Origin: an uncultured Dehalococcoidia bacterium | GTDB lineage: Bacteria; Chloroflexota; Dehalococcoidia; Bin125 | Direction: 5' to 3' | NCBI GenBank assembly: GCA_958295515.1 | Contig: CATQGW010000001.1 | Span: 1,006,658 to 1,070,657 of the forward strand | DNA: 64,000 nt | Shown: positions 49,702 through 58,771 of the stretch, piece by piece | How the letters are laid out: every line of letters begins with the position of its first letter | How positions within the stretch are numbered: position 1 is the stretch's first letter | Translations under genes and position numbers: made by a program | The notes under the pieces: model-generated | The model's database searches: none | Seen by the model: only the letters and a program-made list of their open reading frames with translations | What the model was told of the DNA's origin: nothing

Positions 49702-49926
49702 TCACGAGTCGCGACGAAGCACTGAGACAGCTTTGATGAAGGCCAAGTCCTCGCGCTCCTGAGGGCTTTGCGCGATCGCCAGTGTCTGACGTTGCGCTTC
49801 GGCGATGGATTCCGCAGAGCACTTGTCCGATAGCCGGAGCCTCCTTCTGAGCGCCAGCCTCGGATCCGGTCGCTCAATGACGCTGTCCTCGCTTTGCGAG
49901 GACGGGAACTGAGTTCTGTCCGACAT
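49702..49926 (-). CDS. DUF3018/MazE-like antitoxin (divergent N-terminus)
   Basis: IAEAQRQTLAIAQSPQEREDLAFIKAVS; immediately upstream of the toxin. Confidence 0.65.
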   Translation of the reverse strand: MSDRTQFPSSQSEDSVIERPDPRLALRRRLRLSDKCSAESIAEAQRQTLAIAQSPQEREDLAFIKAVSVLRRDS

Positions 49927-50005
49927 CAGACCTGCCTCCTCCTGAGGCGCGTTGGCTCAGCTGTGCGGCCAGCGTAGCGAAGCGTTGTCGTTGTTCGCAA
50001 ACCTG

Positions 50006-50530
50006 TCAGCGCCCGCGGCCGATCGGGCGCTGCCAGAGCGCGACATCCCAGTAGCGGCCGAACTTCCAGCCGGCCTCGCTGAGCACGCCGACGCGCTCGT
50101 AGCCGGCGCGCTCGGTCAGCTTCTCCGACGGATCGTTGGGCAGCGTGATTTGGGCGAACGCGCGGTGCAGCGGCTCTGTTGCGAGCGCCTCCAGAAGCGC
50201 TGAGATCAGCTGCGGTCCGATGCCTTGCCCGGTTGCGCCGTCCAGGCAGTACACGCTGGTCTCCACGCTCGTCGCGTAGGCCGCCTTCTCGCGCCACGGA
50301 CTGCTGTAGGCCATGCCGACGATTTGGCCTGCGTCCTCGGCGACGAGGATGCGATAGGGGCCGGTGGGGGCGTACTTGGCGAACCACACTGCGCGGCGGC
50401 GCTCGACCGTCCACGGCTCGAGGTCGAACGTCGCGGACGACGTTTCGATGTAGTGGTTGTAGAGCGCCGTCAGCGCCGGCAGGTCGTCGTCGACGGCTGC
50501 CCGAATTTCGAGGCCGCCGCGCTCGGCCAA
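50006..50530 (-). CDS. GNAT acetyltransferase (phosphinothricin/MnaT-like)
   Basis: LYNHYI..ATFD, SVETSVY, GQGIG, GWKFGRYWDV; start codon uncertain. Confidence 0.88.
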   Translation of the reverse strand: MAERGGLEIRAAVDDDLPALTALYNHYIETSSATFDLEPWTVERRRAVWFAKYAPTGPYRILVAEDAGQIVGMAYSSPWREKAAYATSVETSVYCLDGATGQGIGPQLISALLEALATEPLHRAFAQITLPNDPSEKLTERAGYERVGVLSEAGWKFGRYWDVALWQRPIGRGR

Positions 50531-50534
50531 GCGC

Positions 50535-51434
50535 TTAGCCAACCCGGCGCTCGCCCAGGACGGCGGGCTTGAAGACGCGCTCGATCTCCTCGGCGGCGCG
50601 CTCGACATCCCAGCGCTCGGTGCCGGCGAGCTGGCGCTGCACCTCGTACTGCGTGTAGAGCGAGATGTCGTAGCCCATCGCGCCGATCACCTGGCCGTTG
50701 AGCCAGTCGGAGGCTTCGGAGGCGATGTAGGCGATCGGCACGGCGACGTTGGCCGGCGACATGCGGGGGTCGGCTTCGGCGCTGTCGGTGATCGCGCTGC
50801 CGCGCCGCTCGTCGGGCACGGTGTCGGTCATCCGCGTCGCCGCGCCCGGCCCGATGGCGTTGGAGGTCACGCCGTAGCGCCCGAGCGCGTTGGCGCAGGA
50901 GTAGGTGAAGCCCACGATGCCCAGCTTGGCGGCGGCGTAGTTGGGCTGGCCGGGCGCACCGAACAGGCCGGAGCCGGAGGTGAAGTTGATCAGCCGGTAG
51001 TGCCCCTCGCGCTGCTGCCGCCAGTAGATCGAGGCGTACTTGGTCGTGTTGAAGGTGCCCTTCATGTGGACATCAACCACCGCGTCCCACTCGTCCTCGG
51101 TCATGTTGAAGACCATGCGGTCGCGCAGGATGCCGGCGACGTTGACGAGGATGTCGAGGCGTCCGTAGGCGTCGAGCGCCTGCTGGATGATGCCTTCGGC
51201 GGCGTTGTAGTCGGAGACGGAGGCGTAGTTGGCCTGCGCGTCCCCGCCGGTGTCGTTGATCAGCGCGACGACCTCGTCGGCGGGTCCCGCGGCGGCGCCG
51301 GTGCCGTCGACCGAGCCGCCCAGGTCGTTGACCACGACTTTGGCGCCCTGCGCGGCGAACAGCTTGGAGATTTCCGCGCCGATCCCGCGGCCCGCGCCGG
51401 TCACGATCGCCACTCGGTTGTCAAGCATTCCCAT
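50535..51434 (-). CDS. Short-chain dehydrogenase/reductase (copy 1)
   Basis: TGAGRGIG, VVNDLG, AGILRDRM, YAAAK. Confidence 0.93.
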   Translation of the reverse strand: MGMLDNRVAIVTGAGRGIGAEISKLFAAQGAKVVVNDLGGSVDGTGAAAGPADEVVALINDTGGDAQANYASVSDYNAAEGIIQQALDAYGRLDILVNVAGILRDRMVFNMTEDEWDAVVDVHMKGTFNTTKYASIYWRQQREGHYRLINFTSGSGLFGAPGQPNYAAAKLGIVGFTYSCANALGRYGVTSNAIGPGAATRMTDTVPDERRGSAITDSAEADPRMSPANVAVPIAYIASEASDWLNGQVIGAMGYDISLYTQYEVQRQLAGTERWDVERAAEEIERVFKPAVLGERRVG

Positions 51435-51480
51435 GAGGTTCGTCCTTCCTGTCTGCTGCGCTGCTCTGTCTGCTGCGCGG

Positions 51481-52383
51481 CTAGCCGAAGAAGCCGCCGT
51501 CGCCGCCGACGGCCGGCTTGAAGATCTGCTCGAACTGCTCGGCTGCGCCCTCGACGCTCCAGCGTTCGGTGCCGCGCATCTGGCGAATCACGGCCGGCTT
51601 GTTGAACAGCTGCAAGTCGTAGCCCGACGCGCCGATGATCTGGCCGTTCAGCCAGTCGGACTGTTCGGAGGCCATGTAGACCAGCGGGACGGCGACATTG
51701 GCGGGCGAACGCTGCGGGTCCTGCTCGGTGGACTCGATCGAGCCTTCGCGCCGTCGGTCTTCCGGCACGGTGTCGGTCATTCGGGTGGACGCGCCCGGCG
51801 AGATCGCGTTGGCGGTCGCGCCGTAGCGCCCCAGCGCGTTGGCGCAGGAGTAGGTGAAGCCGACCACGCCCATCTTGGCCGCGGCGTAGTTCGGCTGGCC
51901 GGGCGCGCCGAAGATGCCGGAGACGGAGGAGAAGTTGATCAGGCGGTAGTGCCCCTTGCGCTCGGTGCGCCAGTGGATCGAGGCGTACTTGGTGGTGTTG
52001 AAGGCGCCCTTCAGATGCACGTCGAGGACGGCGTCCCATTCGGCTTCGGTCATGTTGAAGACCATGCGGTCGCGCAGGATACCGGCGGTGTTGACGAGGA
52101 TGTCGAGGTCGCCGAAGGTGTCGATCGCCTGGCGGATGATGCTCTCGGAGGCGTCGTAGTCGGAGACCGAGGAGTAGTTGGCGACGGCCTGTCCACCGGT
52201 GTCGTTGATGAAGGCCACGACCTCGTCGGCGGGCGCGTTGGCCGCGCCGCTGCCGTCGACCGAGCCGCCCAAGTCGTTGACGACGACCTTCGCGCCTTCG
52301 GCGGCGAACAGCTTGGAGATTTCCGCGCCGATTCCGCGTCCTGCGCCGGTGACGACTGCGACGCGATTGTCAAGCATGCCCAT
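51481..52383 (-). CDS. Short-chain dehydrogenase/reductase (copy 2, tandem paralog)
   Basis: Same motifs; collinear with and highly similar to 50535..51434. Confidence 0.93.
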   Translation of the reverse strand: MGMLDNRVAVVTGAGRGIGAEISKLFAAEGAKVVVNDLGGSVDGSGAANAPADEVVAFINDTGGQAVANYSSVSDYDASESIIRQAIDTFGDLDILVNTAGILRDRMVFNMTEAEWDAVLDVHLKGAFNTTKYASIHWRTERKGHYRLINFSSVSGIFGAPGQPNYAAAKMGVVGFTYSCANALGRYGATANAISPGASTRMTDTVPEDRRREGSIESTEQDPQRSPANVAVPLVYMASEQSDWLNGQIIGASGYDLQLFNKPAVIRQMRGTERWSVEGAAEQFEQIFKPAVGGDGGFFG

Positions 52384-52553
52384 GGGTTGGTTCGTCCTTC
52401 CTGCGGCTCGTTCGCCGCGTACGGCCAATTGGCCGAAACAAGTGCTGATGTGCGGCCGCGAGTCCTCAGGCCTGCGGCGTCGTTGCAGGCTATCACCGCT
52501 GATCCGTAGCGTCCGCCTGTTTGCCGCTCTCTTTTCGCCCCTGCCTGCCCTCC

Positions 52554-52682
52554 CCGTCATTCCCGCGAACGCGGGAATCTCGTGGCGGTACCTGGGAGGT
52601 AGCGCGAGGGAGATTCCCGCTCGGGGGCGGGAATGACGGGAAAGAGCGCGGGCATGACGGAAGAGGGGTGGGAATGACGGAA
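52554..52682. repeat. Inverted REP pair plus half-sites
   Basis: CGTCATTCCCGCGAACGCGGGAATCTC ... GAGATTCCCGCTCGGGGGCGGGAATGACGG. Confidence 0.88.
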
Positions 52683-52737
52683 AAGGGGATGGCGGCGGGT
52701 GGCTGTAGGCGGCTGGGGTTCTGGGGGGTTGGCTGGC

Positions 52738-53097
52738 TTAGTGGCGGGGTCCCTGGCGGCCTGGCTGTGGCTGTGTTTGGGCGAACTCTCGGCTTGTGGG
52801 GGTCTCGGTGATCACGGGCTCGTAGAGGCCCAGCACGGGGGGACCGTCCAGCACCTCGCCGATTGCGCCTTGCGCGTGGGCGAGGCGGAAGGATTCGCTG
52901 CGCGTCCAGGCGTGGAACGCTTCGGGGCTCTCCCACTGTGAGAACGAGATGTAGTCGCCCGCGTCTGCGCCGCGCAGCAGCATGAACTGCACGAAGCCGG
53001 GCACCTCCGCCAGGTAGGACTCGCGCTGCTTCCAGATCTGCTCCCACTGCTCCTCGCGGTCCGGCTTGACGCGGAAGCGATTCATGGCGAGATACAT
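52738..53097 (-). CDS. ABM-family monooxygenase (IsdG/HmoA-like, possibly heme-degrading)
   Basis: AMNRFRV, VPGF, WES.EAFHAWTRSESFRLAH (Asn-Trp-His pattern). Confidence 0.85.
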   Translation of the reverse strand: MYLAMNRFRVKPDREEQWEQIWKQRESYLAEVPGFVQFMLLRGADAGDYISFSQWESPEAFHAWTRSESFRLAHAQGAIGEVLDGPPVLGLYEPVITETPTSREFAQTQPQPGRQGPRH

Positions 53098-53152
53098 CGG
53101 CGGCTCCATCCCTGCTCGGTTGCTCAGGCTGCGTCAGTTTACGCTTTGGGCT

Positions 53153-53740
53153 ATGCGCGGCAAGATACGGACTGTGATGTTGCTGATTGGGGGCTGCGCA
53201 GTCGCGCTGTTGGCCGCTGCGTGTTCGGGCGGCGTTTCGCAGGATGACTACGACGCGCTTGCCCGTGATGCGGCGGTCGCCGCCGCCGACGCGCAGCGCG
53301 CGCAGGTCTTCGCCGCGCTCGAACCGCTCGATCCGCTGCGCTATCACCTGCTCGACGCGGAGATCCGCAACGAGGGGCGGGCGCCGAGCGCGGCGATCGT
53401 CTGGGCCGAGCGCGCCCGCCAGACGCTCGGCTGGGTTGGTTGGCCGCCTGAGCTGCGGGAGCATGTCGAGCAGTACGCCGAATGGCTGGACTCGCTGCTG
53501 CCGGCGCTGCTCGGCAATGACGCGGAGGCCGCTGCGGAGCCGTCGCGCATCGTCCACGCGCTGGCGCATACCTTTGAGGCGGCCGTTGAGGCCTGGCTGA
53601 ACGGCGAGTCGGTGCCGGCCGCGCCGGCGCTGGCCGGGCTCGAACCGCCCTCTCATGTCCACCCCTCCGAGGGCGACGACGGGATGAGCATGGATGATGA
53701 AGCGGAGCACGGTTCGCACGACGCGCAAGACGAGCAGTAG
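53153..53740 (+). CDS. Hypothetical lipoprotein with His/Met/acidic tail
   Basis: Lipobox LAAAC; tail HVHPSEGDDGMSMDDEAEHGSH; first gene of the copper operon. Confidence 0.7.
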   Translation: MRGKIRTVMLLIGGCAVALLAAACSGGVSQDDYDALARDAAVAAADAQRAQVFAALEPLDPLRYHLLDAEIRNEGRAPSAAIVWAERARQTLGWVGWPPELREHVEQYAEWLDSLLPALLGNDAEAAAEPSRIVHALAHTFEAAVEAWLNGESVPAAPALAGLEPPSHVHPSEGDDGMSMDDEAEHGSHDAQDEQ

Positions 53741-54368
53741 CGCGGCGGTTCTGTTGGCGGCGTTGGGCGGCCTCTGCGCAGCGTTGGCCGCGCTCGGCAC
53801 GGCGGACGCGCACGCCGCCTATGCCGCCTCGACGCCCGCTTTCGCGGCGGTGCTGGATGCTGCACCTGAGCGGATTGAACTGCGCTTCACCCAGCAGCTG
53901 TTCCGCCGCGAGGATGCGAACCGGATCACGCTTGAGCGATCCGATGACGACGCCTCAATCGCCTTGGGGGAAATTGAGATCGACAACGCGGACCGCGCAT
54001 CAATGCGCGCAGAGCTGCTGGCTCCGCTGCGGCCGGGGCGCTATCTGGTCGGCTGGCAGAACCTCTCGGCCGACGATGGAGACAGTGATCGGGGCAGCTA
54101 TCCCTTCTATGTGGGACGCTCGCCCAGCGCCGCGGAGCAGGCCGCCGATCGCACGCTGGCGGCTGAACTGCTGATCCCCTATCCCGGCGACGAGCCTGCC
54201 GAACCAGCGACGGAAACCGAGCTGGAGCAGCGCGCTCCGACCGTGGTCCGCCGCGAGGCGGAGCCGACGGGCGGGGTTGCGGCGTCGGCGATTGTCTGGC
54301 TGGCGCTGGGCGGCGGGGCGCTGTTGACGGTTGGCGCGAGTTGGCTGCGCCGCGGTCGAGCGACATAA
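53694..54368 (+). CDS. CopC-family copper-binding protein with C-terminal TM anchor
   Basis: AHA-AY..STPA, LRFT, Y.V.W..LSADDG..RG...F. The usual second His (DGH) is replaced by DGD. Confidence 0.75.
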   Translation: MMKRSTVRTTRKTSSSAAVLLAALGGLCAALAALGTADAHAAYAASTPAFAAVLDAAPERIELRFTQQLFRREDANRITLERSDDDASIALGEIEIDNADRASMRAELLAPLRPGRYLVGWQNLSADDGDSDRGSYPFYVGRSPSAAEQAADRTLAAELLIPYPGDEPAEPATETELEQRAPTVVRREAEPTGGVAASAIVWLALGGGALLTVGASWLRRGRAT

Positions 54369-55354
54369 TGCGCCGCGCATTTTGGGCTCTGCCGCTGGTC
54401 TTGCTGATTGCCGCTGCCTGCGGCGGTGAGCCTGCGCGTCCCGCCGTGCTGCCGGTGCCCGGGCTCGCCGCGTTCACCATTGGCGTTGACCTGTGGTTGC
54501 GCGACGACGGCGAGGAGCGCCGCATTGTGGAGTCCGAAGCGGGACGGCAGGTGCTTTCGCCCGCCATCTCGCCCGATGGCGAGCAGGTTGCCTTTGTGCT
54601 CTTCCAGCTGACCAACACCGATGAAATCAGCGTGGGCTCGGACATTGCGATCCACGACGGCTCCGGCGTTCGCATCGTGCTCCAGCATGAACGCCAGGCC
54701 GAGTACTTCTGGAGTCCGCGCTGGACGCCCGACGGGCGCTCGCTGGTCTACACGCGGGAAGCGCCGGGGATGGAGATCGCGGTCGAACAGCTGGATTTGA
54801 GCAGCGGCGAAACGCGCGTGCTGCGCAGCCGCGCGCGCGACGGCGACCTCTCGCCCGACGGCGGACGCCTGGTCTTCATCGACGACCCTTACGGCGGTTC
54901 GCCGCGCCTGATGGTGCGCGAGCTCCGGTCCGGCGTGGAGTACCCGCTCGATCCCGATGGCAGCTGGGAAATCCAGGTGTTTCGGATGCCCAAGTGGACG
55001 CCGGACGGCGAGTGGATTCTGTTCGCCGGCGCGGTGCAGGCGGCGACCGTCTCGAGCGTCGCGGCGCTGAGCGCGAACGGTCCTGAGGACATCTGGCGCG
55101 TCGCCGCGGGCGGCGGGCGGCCTGAGTTGATTGGGGCGATCACGGAGGATCAACCCGACTTCGCGATCTCCGATGATGGCCGCCATGTGCTGGCGCGCGG
55201 CTCGTTCGGCGTCTACATCCTTTCGCTCTCCGCGCCGGCTGCGGCGTTCGCGGTTGCGCCCGGCGAGTTTCACGGCTGGCACGACTGGCGGGGCGTCCTG
55301 ACCGATGAGCAGTGGGATCAGCTGATCGAGCAGGCCGGCGCGGGCGGGCAATGA
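54368..55354 (+). CDS. TolB/PD40-like beta-propeller lipoprotein
   Basis: Lipobox IAAAC; SPDG/TPDG repeats. Confidence 0.8.
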   Translation: MRRAFWALPLVLLIAAACGGEPARPAVLPVPGLAAFTIGVDLWLRDDGEERRIVESEAGRQVLSPAISPDGEQVAFVLFQLTNTDEISVGSDIAIHDGSGVRIVLQHERQAEYFWSPRWTPDGRSLVYTREAPGMEIAVEQLDLSSGETRVLRSRARDGDLSPDGGRLVFIDDPYGGSPRLMVRELRSGVEYPLDPDGSWEIQVFRMPKWTPDGEWILFAGAVQAATVSSVAALSANGPEDIWRVAAGGGRPELIGAITEDQPDFAISDDGRHVLARGSFGVYILSLSAPAAAFAVAPGEFHGWHDWRGVLTDEQWDQLIEQAGAGGQ

Positions 55355-57597
55355 GACGGATCGCGCTGCTCGCCATTCTGCTCGCGGCCTGCGCGGCGCT
55401 GCTACAGGACGCCCCGCGCGCCTCCGCGCACGCGCTGTTGGCGCGCGCCGATCCGCCGATCAACGCCGCACTGCGCGAGTCGCCCGCCGCCGTCACGCTC
55501 TTCATGACCGAGCCATTGCAGCGCGAGTACAGCAGCGTGCAGGTGCTGGACAGCAACGGCCAGCGGCGCGATATCGGCGAAACCGAGTTCGCCGAGGCCG
55601 ACGCCACACGCATGCGCGTCAATGTCTTGCGCCTCACGCCGGGCGTCTACACCGTCGTCTGGCGCACGCTCTCGCAGGTGGACGGGCATACCTGGAACGG
55701 CTCCTACGTCTTCTCGGTGCTCAATCCCGACGGCAGCGCGCCTTCAGGCGCGGGCGTTGTCGTGGACCTCGATCGTCCCGGTCCGCCGCTCGCGGCGGAT
55801 ACGGTCGTCAAGGCCGTGGGGCTGACTGCGCTGGTGCTCTTCGTGGGCGCGTTGGCATTTTGGCTGGCTGCGGGAGGGTTGCCCACGCCGCGCGCGGGGC
55901 TGATTGAGTCCACCGTCAAACCGGCGCTGGCGATCGCCATTGCGCTCGGTCTTTTGGCCGGCGGCTATGAGGCGGTCTCCGCGGCGCTCCAGCTCGGCGG
56001 CTGGGGGCTGCTCGATGAGGTGCTCTTCGACACACGGATCGGCCTGCGGCTGCACACACGCTGGTTTGCGCTGATCGCCGCCGCGCTGCTGCTCGCCTGG
56101 TTCGCGCGCCGCCCGACGCCCGAATGGGCGCGGCGCTCGCTGGCCGTGTTCGCGCTGGTCTGGCTGGCGTCGACCGCCGCCGTTTCGCACGGCGCGGCGC
56201 TGGCGGCTGGCGGCGTCTGGGGCGCGCTCTTCGACGCGCTGCATCTGGCCGCTGCCGCCGTCTGGATGGGCATGCTCGCCGCACTGATTTTGGTGCTCTG
56301 GCGCGGACGCGCCGCCGCCGATTCACACGATTCACAATGGCGCGCCGCTCTGGTCCAGCGCTTCTCGCTGTTCGCCGCCGCCGCCGTGCCGATTCTGCTC
56401 GCCGCCGGCCTGCTCAACGCGCTGATCCAGGTCCCCGACGCGCGCGGTCTGGTCGAGACGGATTGGGGCGCGGCCTTCATCGCCAAGCTGGTCGCGCTGC
56501 TGCTGCTCTTCGCCGCGGCCGGTCTCAACGCGGTGGTGCTGCGCCCGCGCGCCGCAGGCGGCGGTCTGCGGGCGGAGCGTTGGTTTGGTCCGATGATGCG
56601 GATCGAGTTGGCGCTTGGCGTTGTGGTGTTGATCATCACCGCGGCGCTCACCCAGCTGCCGTCGCCCGCCAGCGCGCTGCCCGATACCGAGCAGCGCGAC
56701 AACACGATCAGCCGCACCGTGGCGCGCGCCGACGTGCTCGCGCAGCTGACCATCTCGCCCAACCTGGTCGGCTTCAACCGCTGGGAGCTGCGCGTGACGG
56801 ACGCCGACGGCCAACCGCTTGCCAACCCCGTGGAAGCGGTGCGCCTGCGCTTCCGCTACGACGATCCCTCGGTGGGGCCGGTCGTGGTGCCGACCGTTGC
56901 CGAGCAGGACGGCGTGTTCAGCCTCGAAGGCGCGTACTTCGGGCTGCCCGGGCGCTGGACTGTGGAGGCCGAACTGCGCCGCGCCGATGGCGACGACCTG
57001 ATCGCCGCCATCGAGAGCGATGTCGTCTCCGGCTACCAGACGGTGCTGCCCTGGGAGACCGGCGCGCCGGGCGCGCTCGCGCTGCCGCTGACGCAGATGG
57101 ACTGGAACGGCGTCGGGGCGCTCTGGGCGTTCGTGATCGGCGGGCTGCTGCTGGCCAACCGCGGCCAGCTGCGCGGGCGCTTCGGCCTGCGCGCCGGCGA
57201 CGCGAGCTTCGTCGGCGGCGCGCTCGGAATCATCGCCGCCGTCGTGCTGCTCACCGGCCTGCATGTCGATCCCGGACGCACGCTGCAAAATCCGGTGGAG
57301 CGCACGCCCGAATCCGTCGAGCGCGGCGCGGTGCTGTTCGCGGCCAACTGCGCCAGCTGCCACGGCGAGACCGGCGCGGGCGATGGGCCCCTCGCCGACA
57401 CGCTCCCGGCGCCGCCGGCCAACTTCACCGTGCATGTCCCCTTCCACCCCGACGGCGTGCTCTTCGCCTGGATTACGGAGGGCATCCGCGGCACCGGCAT
57501 GCCCGCCTGGCGCGACCAGCTGAGCGAGCAGGAGCGCTGGGATTTGGTCAATTTCCTGCGCGATCGCTTCGATCCGCTCTCCGCGTCCGCGCCCTGA
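55351..57597 (+). CDS. CopC-CopD-YtkA-like-cytochrome c fusion protein
   Basis: AHALLARADP..LSQVDGH (CopC); SHG..LHL..VWMG TM region (CopD); PGRWTV; CASCHG..GMPAW (cytochrome c). Confidence 0.88.
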   Translation: MRRIALLAILLAACAALLQDAPRASAHALLARADPPINAALRESPAAVTLFMTEPLQREYSSVQVLDSNGQRRDIGETEFAEADATRMRVNVLRLTPGVYTVVWRTLSQVDGHTWNGSYVFSVLNPDGSAPSGAGVVVDLDRPGPPLAADTVVKAVGLTALVLFVGALAFWLAAGGLPTPRAGLIESTVKPALAIAIALGLLAGGYEAVSAALQLGGWGLLDEVLFDTRIGLRLHTRWFALIAAALLLAWFARRPTPEWARRSLAVFALVWLASTAAVSHGAALAAGGVWGALFDALHLAAAAVWMGMLAALILVLWRGRAAADSHDSQWRAALVQRFSLFAAAAVPILLAAGLLNALIQVPDARGLVETDWGAAFIAKLVALLLLFAAAGLNAVVLRPRAAGGGLRAERWFGPMMRIELALGVVVLIITAALTQLPSPASALPDTEQRDNTISRTVARADVLAQLTISPNLVGFNRWELRVTDADGQPLANPVEAVRLRFRYDDPSVGPVVVPTVAEQDGVFSLEGAYFGLPGRWTVEAELRRADGDDLIAAIESDVVSGYQTVLPWETGAPGALALPLTQMDWNGVGALWAFVIGGLLLANRGQLRGRFGLRAGDASFVGGALGIIAAVVLLTGLHVDPGRTLQNPVERTPESVERGAVLFAANCASCHGETGAGDGPLADTLPAPPANFTVHVPFHPDGVLFAWITEGIRGTGMPAWRDQLSEQERWDLVNFLRDRFDPLSASAP

Positions 57598-57687
57598 CCA
57601 CCCGCGCCGCTGCGCTACGGCGTTAGGCGCGAGCCTGATATGCTCGCGGCAAGATCGCTAATCGGCAGCGCGGAGCGGAGGAACACC

Positions 57688-58722
57688 ATGGTCAGCTCGA
57701 TCGAAAACCCCGGCCTGTACCTGGACTGGCTGAACCTGGAGACGGACGACGAATTTGAGGTGGAGGCGGGCCGCAAAGGGGTCACGCTGGCGTCGATTAA
57801 CCAGCGGATGGCCTCCGCGGACGGGCACGACGAAGCGGACTCGCGCTCCTTCGCGCCGCGCGGCATCACCGCCGACCCGCGCTCCAACGCGCACAGCCGC
57901 CAGTACCGCGACAAGGGCGATGTCTGGTCCGAAAGCGCGATGCTGCTCTACGAAGAGGCGCTCCAGCGCCAGTGGTCCAGCGCGCGCGACATCCCCTGGG
58001 ACACGGTCGGCGAGCAGCCCGACGACATCGAGCGCGCCATGTGTACGCTCTGCACCTTCCTCACCCAGGTCGAGTTCATCGCCGGTGATGTGCCCGGACG
58101 CTTCCTCGAAACCGTCCACCCCGACTTCTTCGAGTCGCAGCTCTTCCTCGGCACGCAGCTGATGGACGAAGCGCGGCACCTCGATGTCTTCCGCAAGCGC
58201 GCGCTGGTCAACGGCGGCGGGCTTTCGCCCTCCGGCCTCGGCGCGGTCGGCCTGCTGGCGCTCGACGACTTCACCGAAATGACCGCGATCCTCCACCTCT
58301 TCGCCGAGGGGCTGGTGCAGTCGCTCTTCCGCATGGGCGAGCTGATCGGCCAGAACGAGGCCGAGAAGCGCATGTTCCGCCTGTCCGCGCAGGACGAGAG
58401 CCGCCATCTCGCGTTCGGCGTCACGCACACCAAGTACACCGTGGAAACGCAGCCCTGGCGCAAGGAGGAGCTGCACCACTACCTCGACCTCAACGAGCGC
58501 GTGCAGAACACGCAGGCCGGGCTGACCACCAACCCGATCACCGGCGAGGCGCTGGCGGTGCTCGCCGGCGGCGGCATCGAGCACCTCGACGAGGGTTACA
58601 ACCTCGTGTTGCTGATGCGCAAAAAGCAGATGAACGAGTACTACCACCGCTTGCAGGTGGTCGGTCTCGGCGACCGTCTCGATCGTATGGCGCCGGAGAT
58701 GCGGGAGCTGATCGACGTCTAG
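57688..58722 (+). CDS. Ferritin-like carboxylate diiron protein (intact ligands)
   Basis: QVEFIA..MDEARH..AEGL..QDESRH. Confidence 0.8.
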   Translation: MVSSIENPGLYLDWLNLETDDEFEVEAGRKGVTLASINQRMASADGHDEADSRSFAPRGITADPRSNAHSRQYRDKGDVWSESAMLLYEEALQRQWSSARDIPWDTVGEQPDDIERAMCTLCTFLTQVEFIAGDVPGRFLETVHPDFFESQLFLGTQLMDEARHLDVFRKRALVNGGGLSPSGLGAVGLLALDDFTEMTAILHLFAEGLVQSLFRMGELIGQNEAEKRMFRLSAQDESRHLAFGVTHTKYTVETQPWRKEELHHYLDLNERVQNTQAGLTTNPITGEALAVLAGGGIEHLDEGYNLVLLMRKKQMNEYYHRLQVVGLGDRLDRMAPEMRELIDV

Positions 58723-58771
58723 CGTCGGCCGCGGGGTCCCGCTCGCACAGCGATAGCAGGGAGTGGGAGCA

